Shown: piece by piece, positions 41,262 to 54,930 of the stretch | Layout of the letters: every line of letters begins with the position of its first letter | How positions within the stretch are numbered: position 1 is the first letter of the stretch | Assembly: GCA_964016885.1 (NCBI GenBank) | Contig: OZ024746.1 | Span: forward strand, 83,514,001 to 83,578,000 | Direction of reading: 5' to 3' | Length of the DNA: 64,000 nt | Source: Eledone cirrhosa | Taxonomy: Eukaryota | The notes under the pieces: generated by a model | What the model was told of the DNA's origin: nothing | The model's input: the letters and a program-made list of their open reading frames with translations, nothing else | Databases searched by the model: none | Made by a program: the position numbers and the translations under genes

Positions 41262-42412
41262 ACTTCATTTTATACACTCAGAAGATTGAGGCATGCTTAA
41301 GACATCAAGGGTAGGGATTGTCTCAGACAGAATATACATTTCTTGTTAGAATCTGTTTTTCTTTGTGTCTTTTAATTATATTTTATAAAATATTTGGATT
41401 AGTAAGCTATGTGACTGATATCTTGGCATCTCATTGTTTTTGGTTGGAAGCCATTTTGACTGGTATCCTGTAGCCTAGTATGTTTTTAGTTCATACTGTT
41501 TTTACACTAGTTTCTCTGTGTGATGTTGTTGGTTTATAGCCATTTTGATTGGTGCCATGCTGTCTTGTTTTGTCAGATTAGTCCCTTTCCCCCACCCACC
41601 CACTCATTGCTCCATTTTGCACACCATTATGGTGATATCCTCCTCTGGCTGATATTGGTTGCTAGCCATTTTGTCTTGTACTTTGGTTTATATTTCTTTC
41701 AAAAACATGTATGTGTTGAAAGATTTTTTTTTTTTTCCAAATGAATTTGTTAGCCATAAGTCTTATATATATAATATGAAAACTGAATGTGTTTTTTTTT
41801 TTTCTGTGAACTACATTGGCAGATTGGAACCATGATGCTAATCTAACCCATGCAATCATAAGGTGTTAAATGAGATGTGACTTATGGAAACATGAGTAAA
41901 GAAATGGAAATGAGATTGTTACCCATCAAAACTGAATGCTTTTTCTAAATATAGCTTTGATGTGAAGTCTAATTTTCCACTGTGTCTTCACCTCCCTCTA
42001 TGTTGTTGTTGCTGTCATGACTTTGTTCATATGTAGCAAACATGGCTATGTGGTTAAGAAGTTCACTTTGCAACTGTGTAGTTCTGAGGTCAACCCCAAT
42101 GCATGACACTGTGTGTGCATATGTGTTAGTCACTGCAACATCTCCATGACGACGCCATTACATTTTTTTTTTAAAGAGACAATGTTCCAAAGCATAACTG
42201 ACAAATCTTGACAGTACATACCATACCATCAAATAATATAATATGGAATTGGTATTGGAAAGGGCATCTGGATATATAAAAAAAATTACCTTAAAAATGT
42301 CTGCATGTCAGCATGGAACAGCAGGTGCAAATACAATGATGATGATGATGATAAAACTGATATCTAAATTGATGTTCTGGTGAAACTCTTTATCTCTCAA
42401 ATGGGGATTTAA

Positions 42413-42643
42413 CACTTTAGTTACCAACCTGACCAAAACCAACTCTGGTTCTATGAAATAAAATCACACATTTTAAAGGTTTCCAATTTAAATAAAAATC
42501 TTATAACATAATTTTATATAAGAACCTTACATTAAGTTATTATCTTAGTAATGAAATTAGTAATAATTTTAGTAAATCCATTAAAATTCTTCATTAACTA
42601 ATTAAAATAGACAGTATTTCATTAGAAATGTGTCATGAAAGGG
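42413..42643 (+). mobile_element. piggyBac-like MITE family 2, full length
   Basis: TTAA-CACTTTAGTTACC ... CATGAAAGGG-TTAA. Confidence 0.7.
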
Positions 42644-43393
42644 TTAAATGTATTTCATCCATTGTAACATGGGAATTTCTTTTGAGCAGTAGCCTATCAC
42701 TGTCAACTTTTGTAAAACACAGGAGATTTTAAGTTTTATTAATATATTTACTTTGGCTGGTATTTAAGATCATTCTTTTAGCTTTTTATTTGGTAATAGC
42801 TGATACTATCATTATTTATCTACATTGTATTAGTATTTTAGTATAGATTATAATTAAATGACCTTTATTGTTGTTAAGTCGGTTACATATATAACTTTTA
42901 CTATTATTGTTCATATCTCGCCAAGGTTAGCTTTGCCTTTCATCCTTACGGAGTCGATAATATAAAGTACCAGTAACAGACTGGAGTTGATTTAATCGAC
43001 TTTCCCCTCCCCCAAAATTGTTGGCCTTGTGCCTAAAGCAGAAACCATTATTATTTTATTAATTAATTAGTTACAGATTGTGCAGAAAAAAAATTTACTT
43101 TAGTCACTATTATATTTGATAATTAAAATGAATATAATAGTGTATTACTGGTTTTCCTATTCTCTGTTATTCAATAAGTACATATTGAGATTATCTATTT
43201 GAATACTGATTCATATATATTATCTTTTTTTTTATCCATGCTGAAATAATAAAAAAAGGTTAAATATGACATTCTATTGAATTTGAACATAGAACTGTGC
43301 TATTTATTAACTTAAGCATTATTTTGTTTAGTAATTTGTCTGTGCTTTTATATTTTGTATATGTGTGTTGTGTTCTTTTTTTTTTTGTATGTA

Positions 43394-43574
43394 TGAGGGT
43401 TGGCTGACAAGATACTCTCATGGAATGACCAAATGAAGTTTATTTTCCAACATAGTCCCTGGGAAGAAACAATGTAGTTATTAATAAGAAGAGTTAAAAG
43501 TAATGCACACAACATTTCACAGCTCTAGCATCACTTCTTCATAGTCAGTCTATGAACCTTTCAGCTGATCCTCA
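43394..43574. mobile_element. mariner-type MITE
   Basis: TA-TGAGGGTTGGCTGACAAG ... CTTTCAGCTGATCCTCA-TA imperfect TIRs. Confidence 0.7.
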
Positions 43575-43654
43575 TATGTGTGTGTGCTTGTCAAATCTTA
43601 ATACATCAGGGGTTTTCTGGTCACAAGCAGCAATTTTTCCTTTTTTTTTTTCTG

Positions 43655-43828
43655 CCTCCTGAACAGGATGCCAGTCCATCGCAGGGTCAAACCTTCAGCT
43701 GTTGCTGGTACTTATTTTCAGCTGAGTATACTGGAGCAACATATACTCAGCTGAAAAGTGTTTTGCTCAAGAATCCATAACATTAAGATCCTAAGTCCAA
43801 CACCCTTACCACTAGACCACATGCCTCT
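43655..43828 (-). mobile_element. tRNA-derived SINE with CCTGCGATGGACTGGCATCC domain
   Basis: Minus strand: A-box GTGGTCTAGTGGTAAGG, CTTGAGCAAAACACTT, and a CCTGCGATGGACTGGCATCC motif recalled from V/Nin-type SINEs. Confidence 0.65.
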
Positions 43829-43879
43829 ATATATATGTATATGTGTATGTATATATATGTGTCTGTATTTAATTTAAAT

Positions 43880-44140
43880 GGATGTGATAAAATGGTGGAC
43901 GTGATAGATGGAGGTGGTGTTGGTGGAATCCTCTATTTAATGGGAAAGGTTCTTTGGATGATTTAGGTGTAAGGTTGACAAGACAGGTTGTTAGCAGAAT
44001 GAAATATTTATTTTGAGAACAAAGATCGAAAAGATAGAATTGTGCTGGTCTGCCATAAAATGTGAAGTATAGTTCTTAACCAATGATTTATTGTATGAAG
44101 AACCTGTTGGTTGATAGCTGAAGAGATGAACAATTTGAAA
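43880..44140 (-). mobile_element. possible very old Penelope RT remnant
   Basis: Minus-strand PAQFYL..HSANN..PSITST pieces resemble the start of the PLE RT (xFYLLPKIHK..LPSYI); many frameshifts. Confidence 0.25.
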
Positions 44141-47100
44141 TTCGTTTATTTAGGAATGGAAAAAATATGTTAGAAAGCCATCACAATGTAATTAGAAGAT
44201 TAATCATAAATAAGAACAAAAACAAAGATTGAATTCTTACTTTTAAAATATTTAATGACCTTGATATGTCAGGTAAAATACTCCTTTATAAAGTTTTAGG
44301 AAAAAAGAAAGAAAAAATATGTTCATGTAGGTTATGTTGAGCTTGTATGCTATATAATATTCTAATACATGGTTTTCATATTACTCTGTAATGCTTCATG
44401 CAAACTACATTATTTTTTTAAAAATCTGTTTTGGTTTGAGGAAAATGAATAGTGCTTATATCATCTGCAAGCTTCCCAGATTCGTGCAATCAATGTGATG
44501 GATTTTCAGCTTCAACTTTTGTATTTTGATGCATATAAGGGGAAAAAATAGTTGACATAGTATGAGAGGTTTGTTTCACAATCATTAGGTCCCAGGTTCG
44601 ATCGCATTTCATAGCATTTTGGGCAAGTGTCATCTTCCGTGGCCTTGGGTTCATCCAAACCTTGTGAATGAAATTGAGCAGATGGAAACTGGAAGCCTGT
44701 CTGATGGACAGTGCCTGTAATTCAAAAAGTCAGTCGTCCTTGTCATATACACTTATCATGCTGAGAATTGTGTTAAAGGTACACGTGTCTATGGAATGCT
44801 CAGCCACTCACTCATTAATTTTATGAATAGGCTATTTTGATAATTGAACATCTGGACAACTCATTCTCGAAACTGACAGGTCCATGGATGAGGAAATATG
44901 AGTAGCATAGAGAACTTCAGATGGTTGTGTTTCTGAAGATAGAATGAAGAATTTAGTGGATGAAATGCAGTAGGGAGGATACATATATAAGATACACTTG
45001 GTGGAAGTAAGAATTGTAATGTTGTAAGAGACAGCATGTCAGTGTGCTTGTGGTTGTAGTGAGTTGGTGTGTGAAGGTTTACTAGTTAGATGGGTTTTCC
45101 TTTGTATGTTTGTGTGTGTATGTGAAGACCCTTCAGTCACGACACACCAACCTCTCTTGTGCTAGTACATCTTGTAAGTTGGTTGGGGAGGAATGGAATA
45201 TAGAGTGCGCTTTGGTTTTATAGAGAGTGAGTTAAAATAGTTTCTGGTTCTGAAAAGAGCAAACAAAGCCATTGATAATGCAGTTTGGTTTTTGTTGTTT
45301 AGCCCCAGAACAGCACTGATCAGCCAACCATTCCATCTTGTCCATATGTGCAAGTAACCCAAGACTACATTTTCTAATGTATTCTTTTCTAAGACAGTTG
45401 GAGTGTAGTTTAAGGGAGATTTGAGTGTTATTCTAGCAGATTAATCGACCACATTGAGGTTCCCTTGAAGAGTAATCAGATATTGAAAAAGCTTAGTATC
45501 TATAAAAACTGAAGTACTTAGTTGTGAGTTATCCATGACTAAGGCTAGCTTTAGTGTTTTAGGTTACAGTGTGTTTTCCTAACATTTGTCCAGTTGCACT
45601 AAGAAAACTTGGAAACTGCTTAAGAGATTTTTGTTAGCGGATGAGTTTACCAGACTGGAATTTTGATAATCTGCTAGTTAGTTGATGGTTTTAGAGGAGT
45701 GGTTGCTGTTGGCATGTGAATGAACAGCTCTGTTGATTTGCAGGTTAGTTGATTGAAATATATCATAGAACATTTCTTGGAATGGTAAGAATTTTGATAT
45801 ATTATATGGAATGGTTATTGGCAGTTTAGTTGGTTATTAATTATGATTATTAGTTCAGTTGAGGGCCTTATTAATTAATTTTAACATTTAGTGCTTTTTG
45901 CTGTATTTGTCTATTAAGATGGACTGGTAACAAGTGTTACAGAAATTATATGGATTATGGGGGAAAAAATCTATAAATATATATAATGGGGGAAAAAATC
46001 TATAAATAGATATAATTAAATGTGAATGAAATATGGTTGCTGTTAGGGAGGGCATCCAACCATAGAAACCAATCCAAAATACAGGTCCATATGAGCAAGA
46101 CATGGTCACCTAACCCCACTTGTCTCATAACCTGACATCCCATCTAACCCACGGATGTGTGGAAAATGGGCATTAAATAACGACAATGATGATGATGATG
46201 ATGATGGATGTATAATTACTTATTTTAAATCCATAAAAATACATTAATATATATTTGGATGTTTAACTTCTTAATTTATCTATATAAAGTTAAAAAAAAA
46301 AAAAAATTTTTATAATCAAGGGCAGGTGTTGTCATAACTTGAAGGCAATTTAACAAGATTTTGTTTATAACTTTTTGTATTATTTAACTGTTTCAACTAG
46401 TTAACTATCTGTTGTCTGTGCATCACTGACTCTTTTCTACTTTTTTTTGGCTCTGAATGTTTTTAATTAATTATTTCAATTCCTTTGCTTAAATCTCCTC
46501 AAAGAAGTGAGGTAAAAATATTCCCCTGAGACATAATTATTGAGATATTATAAGCAGGTAGAATGAAGAAAAAAAAAAAAAAGGTAGTGTTGTGTTAATG
46601 TAATTAGTCTTTGTGTTAATGTTATGTCTTTGATCTATTAAATATATGCATATCATCTTCATAATTTTAATCATAAGAATAACAACAGATGAGACAAAAT
46701 TATGATTATTGAATCTTCAGCCAATAGCCAAAGACTGCAGACTATAATTTATTATTTGCTTGTAGATTTTTGTTTTGTCCTATACACACACGCATGCACA
46801 CACACGCACACGCACAGTTGTTGCTTATATTAATCATTACATCCAAGAGTTAAGTGATCCCTGAATTATAAACTCAGCTGAATATATTGCATCTTACTAA
46901 TTTCACTCTTTTGATAACCAAACTGACTGAAAGTGCCATGGTTTTGTGATACAAAACTGTCCATTTAAAAATATTTATACTGCTATCATAATTGGATTTA
47001 AAAAATGTTATTAAGTAATGTTAAGTAATTGGATTTTAAATATCTTGTTAGGTGATATTAGCTTGTTAACGTAAGAGTTAGTTATCTTATTAAATTCTTC

Positions 47101-47230
47101 CAAATATTTGATTATTGAAAATATTAATTAAAAGACTTTGGCAGTGTATTTTATTAGAAGTGTGGTAATGCAAGAGCTAATTAACAATTTGAGTGCCAGT
47201 GCTCTTCTTGATATTATTGTGTCATTTTTG

Positions 47231-47261
<31 letters not shown>

Positions 47262-47311
47262 AATAGTTTGATCAAAGGTGCATTATCTACACTATCTGGA
47301 CCTATGTTTAA

Positions 47312-47359
47312 CTCTTTGAGCACCAAAAACATTCTGGTACATTTTTGGCACTCAAAGGG
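47312..47359. mobile_element. 48-bp piggyBac-like micro-MITE
   Basis: TTAA-CTCTTTGAGCACCAAAAA ... TTTTTGGCACTCAAAGGG-TTAA. Confidence 0.75.
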
Positions 47360-47480
47360 TTAATGACTAAAGAGTGAAGCAAAATTAAAATATAAGCTGA
47401 TCTATTGAATCAAACCCATTTTATAATGAGTAGTTTTTATATTAACGCAAGACCACTAATTTTGTCAGGTTGGAGTAGAA

Positions 47481-47687
47481 CCCTTTACCATTTACATTAC
47501 TGTATATTTACTATTGTATTTTTGTGATAAAGGCTTTATCTCACATAACATCGAAGCTATGACATTTTGACATTTTATTTTTGGGAACAATACCTTAACA
47601 TCAGTACGAGTGGCCAGTTACAGCAAGTCTGAACAGAATGTAGTGATAGAATCCTGGCCAGCTACAGCAGGTTTAAATGCTAAAGGG
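47481..47687 (-). mobile_element. piggyBac-like MITE family 1, copy 5
   Basis: CCCTTTACCATTT ... AAATGCTAAAGGG-TTAA. Confidence 0.85.
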
Positions 47688-48783
47688 TTAACCAACTGAA
47701 TTGAGTCCTGTGTGCAGTTAGTATTTAGTTTAGCAATTCTGGAAGGAGAAACGACAGTCTCTGAGATTTGATCTTGGAATGCAAATGTAGGCAACTAATT
47801 ACTTCAAGGATTTTAGTCTGGCACTTTACGGTTTCCAACACTTAACACATTTTATAATAAAAAAAAAGCCAATTAGAAATCCTATTATAGTAGAAATGCC
47901 TGCTTTCAGCAGTTTTCTTTTTAAATGGCAGACTTAAATTTTTAGGTTATTATTATTTTTTTTTTTTAGAAATTGTTCTCATCCATATTTGTAAAATAGA
48001 AGTAGTAGCAAGTTGGGAGAATATATATTTTTTCTAAAATGTTTGCATAATGTTTGCAACTCTTTTGTTACCATTTTTCTAATGAAATACACTGCTGGTG
48101 ATTTTCAGATAATTTTGAAAATAGTCCAGAATTTGGAGGGATTTAGTAATATCACAGTTATGATAGTGTTTGAAGCATAACTTATAAAATAAGATTCTTA
48201 CTTAAAATTATGATTGAAGGTTTTTAGATAAATGTAAACACTTTAAGATAAACAGCTTTGTATTATATGACCAGGTGTAGAAGTTTCAAACGGCTTGATA
48301 TCAAACAAGTTAAATACTACTGTGTCAAATTGGACTACACAATTTAGTTGACCTAGTTTGAAAGTAGGTACTAACCAATATGAAGAACTTGCAAAAGATT
48401 AACTTTATGAGGATGGTTAAAAAGATTTTTTTTTCCAGTGGCAACTGAATTTAAGATAATGGTTTCTGATTTAGGCACAAGGCCAAACATTTTGGGGGAG
48501 GGGAAGTTGATTAAATCAATTCCAGTGCATTACTGGTCCTTTATTTTATTGACCTTGTAAGGAAAAGCTAATCTTGGTGGCATTTGAACTCAGAACATAA
48601 AGAGACTTAACTTTATGCCACAAAGCATGTCATCCAATGCTCTACCAATACTGCCTATCCATTGCCCCCAACTGAATTAAAAAAAAATAATAATAATGGT
48701 TTCTGAATTAGGTACAAGGCCAACAATTTAGGAGGAGGGGAAAGTTGATTAAATCAACCCTGTTGTGTTACTGGTACTTACAC

Positions 48784-48946
48784 CAGGCACGGGCAACCTT
48801 TCTTGAGCAGTAAGCCACATAGGATGTGGCTCATCATAAGGCAGGCCACACTTAAACAAATTTGAGGCAATTTTGAAATTAGGCATGCCATTCAGAAAGC
48901 CAAATGGACTGTGTACAGATTGTGGGCCACAGTTTGCCCATGACTG
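48784..48946. mobile_element. hAT/Charlie-like MITE truncating a family A SINE
   Basis: TIRs CAGGCACGGGCAA / TTGCCCATGACTG; no clear 8-bp TSD. Confidence 0.6.
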
Positions 48947-49137
48947 CATTAAAAATTGATAATGATGATGATAGTATTAGCAAAACACATGCAAACTGCA
49001 TGATTACTGCTGATGCTAATAATAGTATTGATTTTCTAGCACTGGTACAAGCCTTCGAATTTGGAGTCGCTGGTATAGTCAATAGTATTGGTTTTTAGCA
49101 CTGGTACAAGCTCTCAAATTTGGAGGAGAGGTATAGT

Positions 49138-49190
<53 letters not shown>

Positions 49191-49952
49191 AACCCAAGTA
49201 TTTTGAGTACTTCACTAATACTGTATTTTATTAACCCTGGAAGGATGGAAGGTAAAGTTGACTTCAGTGAAATTTAAACTCAGAATGTAGTGTTGTAAAT
49301 AAATGCTGCTGAGTAGCATTTAGTTACAACGCTCTACATATTGCTTGCATATATATCCTTTGCTTTTCGTTATTGTAGAATTGATGAAGTAAGCACCATT
49401 AGTATGTTGAGGTAGATTGGTTTTACTCTACCACTGCTACAAAAATTAAGTATATAAATTGTCTTTATAATCTGCCAAAAGATATAATTATCTCCCTCTT
49501 TCTGTGTCTCCATTTTTCTCTCCCGAATGTCTACATCTCTTTCTAGCATTCCATTTGTTCATCTATCACTGATTCTCCTTCTTGCTAATGATAGCCTTCT
49601 TGCTATCACCAAGTCTTTCTATCTCAATCACTGATTCATCCCATATACCTCTCTCTTTCTCTCTCTCTCTCGTTAATCCTGTATTTACAACCAGCCCCAC
49701 CCATTACTTGCCACAACAACTTTATTCTCATTTTAGATACCATTTACCAATTGTAATTCAGCTGGTCTCCACTTATATTAATGTGTGTGTGTATGTGTGT
49801 GATTATTTTCCTTAATCAGGAATGTTACATTAGTTTTGGACTTTGGAAATCAATTGCTGGCAATTGTATATTTTTACATTTACAGTTCTATCAATATGGT
49901 ACATTGCTGTTGTGCTGAACAATGATGATGATAGTTTTAGTAGTATATTTTT

Positions 49953-50186
49953 ATAATAATAATAATAATAATAATGATTTCTACTATACGCACCAGGCCA
50001 GCAATTTTTGGGGAAGTGGGAAATTGATTAAATCGACCCCAGTGTGTTACTGGTACTTTATTTTATTGACCCCATAAGGATGAAAGGCAAAGGTAACCTC
50101 GATGGGATTTGAAGTTAGTGTAAAGGGCCATAACTCTATGTCGTGAAGGTTGTCCAACACTCTACCGATACTGCCAATCCACCGCC
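49953..50186 (-). mobile_element. family A SINE, full length (long subfamily)
   Basis: Starts GGCGGTGGATTGGCAGTATCGGTAG, ends (ATT)n. Confidence 0.9.
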
Positions 50187-52317
50187 TAATATTGAGGATT
50201 ATGATAATTTCTAGCAAGTCATAGATATACTAGCAGAAAGAAGTGACATTGAAGCCTTTTTCAATAACTTCAGCAGTATGAGACAGCTCCAATAATGTAT
50301 TAAGAACTATCAAACAATGATATTAATGATAGACAAAGGAAGATCTAGGCAAAGGGAGGAAATAATAAAAATGACGAAAGAATGAAACAGATGGAGAGGA
50401 GCTGTGTTGGAAAAGATCCATCCAACCCATGCAAACATGCGAAAATGGACATAAAAAGATGAATGATGATGAGGATTTAATGTCTGTTTCCCTGCTACTA
50501 AGGTTTGGGCATGTCATTACAAACTGGTGGAGCCCTTTCTGATTTCAATGTGGGCTGGTGGCCCAATATACTATCTTCTGCTCTATCAAGTGCATTTTAT
50601 TGCATCATTGACACTAGCAACATTTTATATCTGTTTTCTATGATGGCATGGGTTGGACAGGTTGGTATGGTCTGAAACTAGACAGGCCAAGGGACCATGT
50701 CCTGCTCATATGTTGCATCTTTGATATGGTTTCTACAACTAGATACCTTTCCTAACACCAACCACTTTACATTAAGTGTCACCATTTTACACACATTGTT
50801 CTATGCTATGTACTGCATACACTTTGTGGCACCAGTAACTACTATTTTACAGCCACTGGGATATAGCAGAATATAATCAAAGGATGTCCGTCATAGTAAT
50901 TGCATTATCAACTGGGACGCCTCTGTGTCAATTCTTTGATTATATTTTTGCTGTAATCCAGTAGGGATTACTGAACTAAATTTTTTTTTAATTTTTTAAG
51001 TTCATTACATCTAATAATGTCACTGATTGACTTGTGCCATGGTGTGATGACATAAACTGGCCATAGAAATATGTATTATGTAATTGTGCAACATTAAAGG
51101 AATATATTGGAATCTGGCCTTCTTGTATTTTCATTGAAATATTTAACTCCGCTCCTGCACCAAGCATAAGATACCACATCCATGATGGATGATATGCACA
51201 ATGTTGAGTGCTTTTGATCATTGCATCACAATCTGCTAATCAGAATGACTAAATCTGCCTATTATTTAAACCATCCAACATAAACAGTGTATATATATAT
51301 GATATTCATGCCTTTCTCAAGAATATTTATAGGGAAAATGAATGGAAACTGCTTAAAAATAAGGGTAACAATTAAGTTTATAATAATTTCTTTAATTACT
51401 TGCCATTAAGAATAATTAATAATAATAATTTTTAACATGTCTATGAAGGCAAAGTAATTGTGATAATGGTGATAAATGATCACATATTTTGTTAATTAAA
51501 TGTGTGTTTTAATTAGCAAGATTTCCATTTAAAAAGGTAATATATTTGGAAAAAGGAATATTTTCTATTTTGTGCTTCAAAGTAGTCAGTTTATCATTTA
51601 GGTTTTCATAGATTAATTAAAATATATTTATGGCTGGAGACTGCCTACATAAACCATATTTTTAATGAAGTTTCACTAGTGAATCTACAGCTGTGGGTCA
51701 ACTGGTTGGTGCCAGCTCCTAATTCATCCCAGGTGTATGCTGAAATAGACAGAAACACAAATTAAGTAAAGTAGTTCTTTCAAATCTTTCGTCATTATCA
51801 TAATCATGTTTTGCATCTGTTTTTGCATGCTGTCATGTGCTGGACAAGATTTTCTGAGCCAGAATTCTATAGCCAGATGCTCTTCCTGATGGTGATTTTC
51901 ACCTTTTTTTTTTTTTAGTATAAAGTATGAATTTTTGCATGTCTAATCACTAAGCAGAAGGATTTTTGTTTATGGTGAATGTAAACAAATATCAGCATTT
52001 TTGGTGTCAATTACAAACAGAAGAGAAGAGGCAAAACAAACACATACACACTCCACAAATACTCACATATATGTGTATACACAACAAACTTTGCAGTTTC
52101 TACCTACCTAATTCACTTACAAGGCATTGGTCAACTTGAGTAGTAGAAGACACTTACGGTTGCCAAGTAGACTTAGCTATACAGCTGTGTCTGCCCCTCT
52201 GTAGTTTTATATTATTTTCTTTTTAAAACAAATACTCTTCTTTGGTGAAGATAGAAAACAAAAGAGCAGAAACATTCATGTTGCTGCATGCTAGAAAATA
52301 TATCATGTCTTTCAATC

Positions 52318-52514
52318 AATATATATTATTGTATTTTCATGGTAAAGGTTTTCTCACTTAATTATCCCACATAATATCGAATCTATGAGACCTTGATATT
52401 ATTTATTTTGAGAAGAATATCTTAACATCAGTATGAGAAACCAGTTATGTCTGGTTTGAACAGGAGGAGGTGCGAGAATTGTGACCGGATACAGCCGGTT
52501 TAAATGCTAAAGGG
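52318..52514 (-). mobile_element. piggyBac-like MITE family 1, copy 6 (one end lost)
   Basis: AAATGCTAAAGGG-TTAA terminus and matching body. Confidence 0.85.
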
Positions 52515-53845
52515 TTAAGAAAGAGTTTAGAATGGCTTAGATGATATTAAAATAAATCTTTGTTAAACAATATGTAAGTTTAATGATCTGAAAAATTGAG
52601 AATATAATCATTGTGTGTAACCAAGCATAGCAATTATTGTAATCAATATGACTATCATCTAAACAATTGATGTCTTGTATGTGGATAAGGAAATATTTTC
52701 TTTACATGTAAATTGGTCTGCATGTCTTAACATTTAACATTTAACATCGGCATGTCTTAACATTTAACTCTTAACATCATGTAATGATTTAACATCCTGT
52801 AATGATTTAACAGAATATATCTAAATACAGATTTAAAAAAACATCCCGAGCACGACTTTTGTAATGAAATGATTTTTTAAAAATTGTTTAGTAGGGAGGA
52901 AAAAAGAAGAAACTGAAGATATGGTTTGACTACTTGTGGCAGAGTGGACTCTGATAAAGACACTCCAAGACCATGTGATGGTGTTAAATTAGGGGAGGGA
53001 TTAATTGAGCCTACCACCTAAGACAGATATAGTTCATTTGACAGGCTTCTGCATAGTTTCTGTTTTAACAATTCCATCTTGAGTTGACCCAATGTTACAC
53101 TTGCTCAAGTTGCCACAGGGTGAGATCAAACCTGGAACTATTAACTTAACTACAAAATTGTGTCCTAGTAATTTGTTTTTCTTGGCTATGTTCATTTCAA
53201 ACTTGAACATTGTTATTTTAATTCATTCTTTGCATCTTGTGTTGCTTTTCCATGTTTGTGTTGTGACTTCATATACACACACAACCTCATTTTCTTTTAT
53301 GGTAGTGCTCCAACATGGTCTCAATCAACTAGCTGGACCCTGTTAAAGACAAAGAAAAGAAAGAGTATATCCTTCTCATAATTGAATGCTAAAAATCTAA
53401 ACTTATATATTTTAAAATATTAATCATATTATCTTACATATATAAATAAACTTATAGGTTGTATTAACTTGAAATACATTTTGTTCATGATCATTTTTCT
53501 CATAAAATTAACATGATCTTAATAATATCTTAAACATTATTAATGATTGTGAACTTTAAGAGTAGATGGCTAAATTTCCAGTAAAGCTTTGTCATTAAAT
53601 TGAAGTTAGGGATTTTTTCCATGAAAAAGGTCTATATTTGATATGGTAACAACTCATCATATGCTCTTATGAATGCATTGCTGTATGGTTAAGAAGTTCT
53701 CTTACTATCACAAAGTTCCGGGTTCGATTCCAATACATAACACTTTAGTCAAATGTATTCTGAGAAGAATTGGGTAGTTAGAAATTTTGTGGAAGCTCAT
53801 CAGATTAACTACTGCTATTTTGTCACTCATGTTGATTTTACTTAA

Positions 53846-54066
53846 CTCTTTAGCATTTAAACCGACTGTATCCGGCTAGAATTCTCTCACCTCTTTCTGT
53901 TCAAACTGGTTGTAACTGGCCATGCATATTGATGTTAAGGTATTGTTCTCAAAATAAATAATATTAAAATCTCTTAGATTCGATATTAAATGAGATAATT
54001 ATGTAAGATAAAGCCTTTACCTAGAAAATATAATAGTAAATATAGAGTAATCTAAATGTTAAAGGC
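53846..54066 (+). mobile_element. piggyBac-like MITE family 1, copy 7
   Basis: TTAA-CTCTTTAGCATTTAAACC ... AAATGTTAAAGGC. Confidence 0.85.
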
Positions 54067-54684
54067 TAAAGGATTATGTTAAGGGTAAAAGTGTTTGCTC
54101 TTACACACCAACTTACATTATATTTCATCATGCAGCTCATACCACTGATTGACGGAGCAATCTTTCATCAAAATCGAAAGTCCATTCTTATGTTGAAAAT
54201 ATCTTTACAGTATAAGACGACTCTGGGTAAGGCACAATACTGTGTTAGTGTCGTTGACAGTCTGGCAACAAGTTACAATCTTCATGGTTTACTGGTTAAG
54301 AAGGGCTTCCAACTGTAAAAACTATTGCTCCTACAATAAACAATAACAATTTGAAAAAAAAAAGAAAAAGGACAACTATATTTGATAGCATGGGAAAATT
54401 GATGTAAACATAACCAAAAACATAACTATTCAATAGTGGTATAAAGTTCAAAAGAGTTATTTAATTATTTTGTAATCTTCTGTCTCTTCTTCTATCTTTC
54501 TCTATTGGTTTACATTATTTTACAAGATTTTAAATTTGATTTTCTCTTGTATAGTTATCACAGAACTGAAAGCAATATAGAGAAATAGAACAAATAGAAG
54601 ATAATGTCTGTTGCTTGAGGGAAGTAACAGGTCTGTGATAATAGACTAGCTAAAGGGAAGTTTGTCGCTTGTATGTGTATCTAT

Positions 54685-54930
54685 TATTAGTTTGTGCATG
54701 CGTGTATACCTGTGTGTGTGTTAGTTGCGTGTGCCTGTGGATGTATACCAGTGTATGTGTTAGTTGTGTGTGCGTGTGAGTATACCTGTGTATATGTGTT
54801 AGTTGTGTGTGCCTGTGTGTATAGCTGTGTATGTGTTAGTTGTGTGTACATGTATGTGTATCTGTGTTGTGTGTGCATGTCTGTATACCAGTGTGTGTTA
54901 GTTGTGTATGCCTGCAGATATATATGCATG
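54685..54930. repeat. ~30-38-bp TG-rich minisatellite (GTGTTAGTTGTGTGTGCCTGTG..TATACC)
   Basis: About six degenerate units anchored on TGTTAGTTG. Confidence 0.85.

Noticed and set aside
50130-50186. tRNA gene
   Set aside because: A/B boxes belong to SINE heads; no cloverleaf, and continuous with the SINE body.
50988-51221. 77-aa ORF in non-repetitive-looking sequence
   Set aside because: No recognisable motif or splice signals; length within chance expectation.
54685-54930. CRISPR-like regularly spaced repeats
   Set aside because: Degenerate TG-rich minisatellite without unique spacers or cas genes, in eukaryotic DNA.
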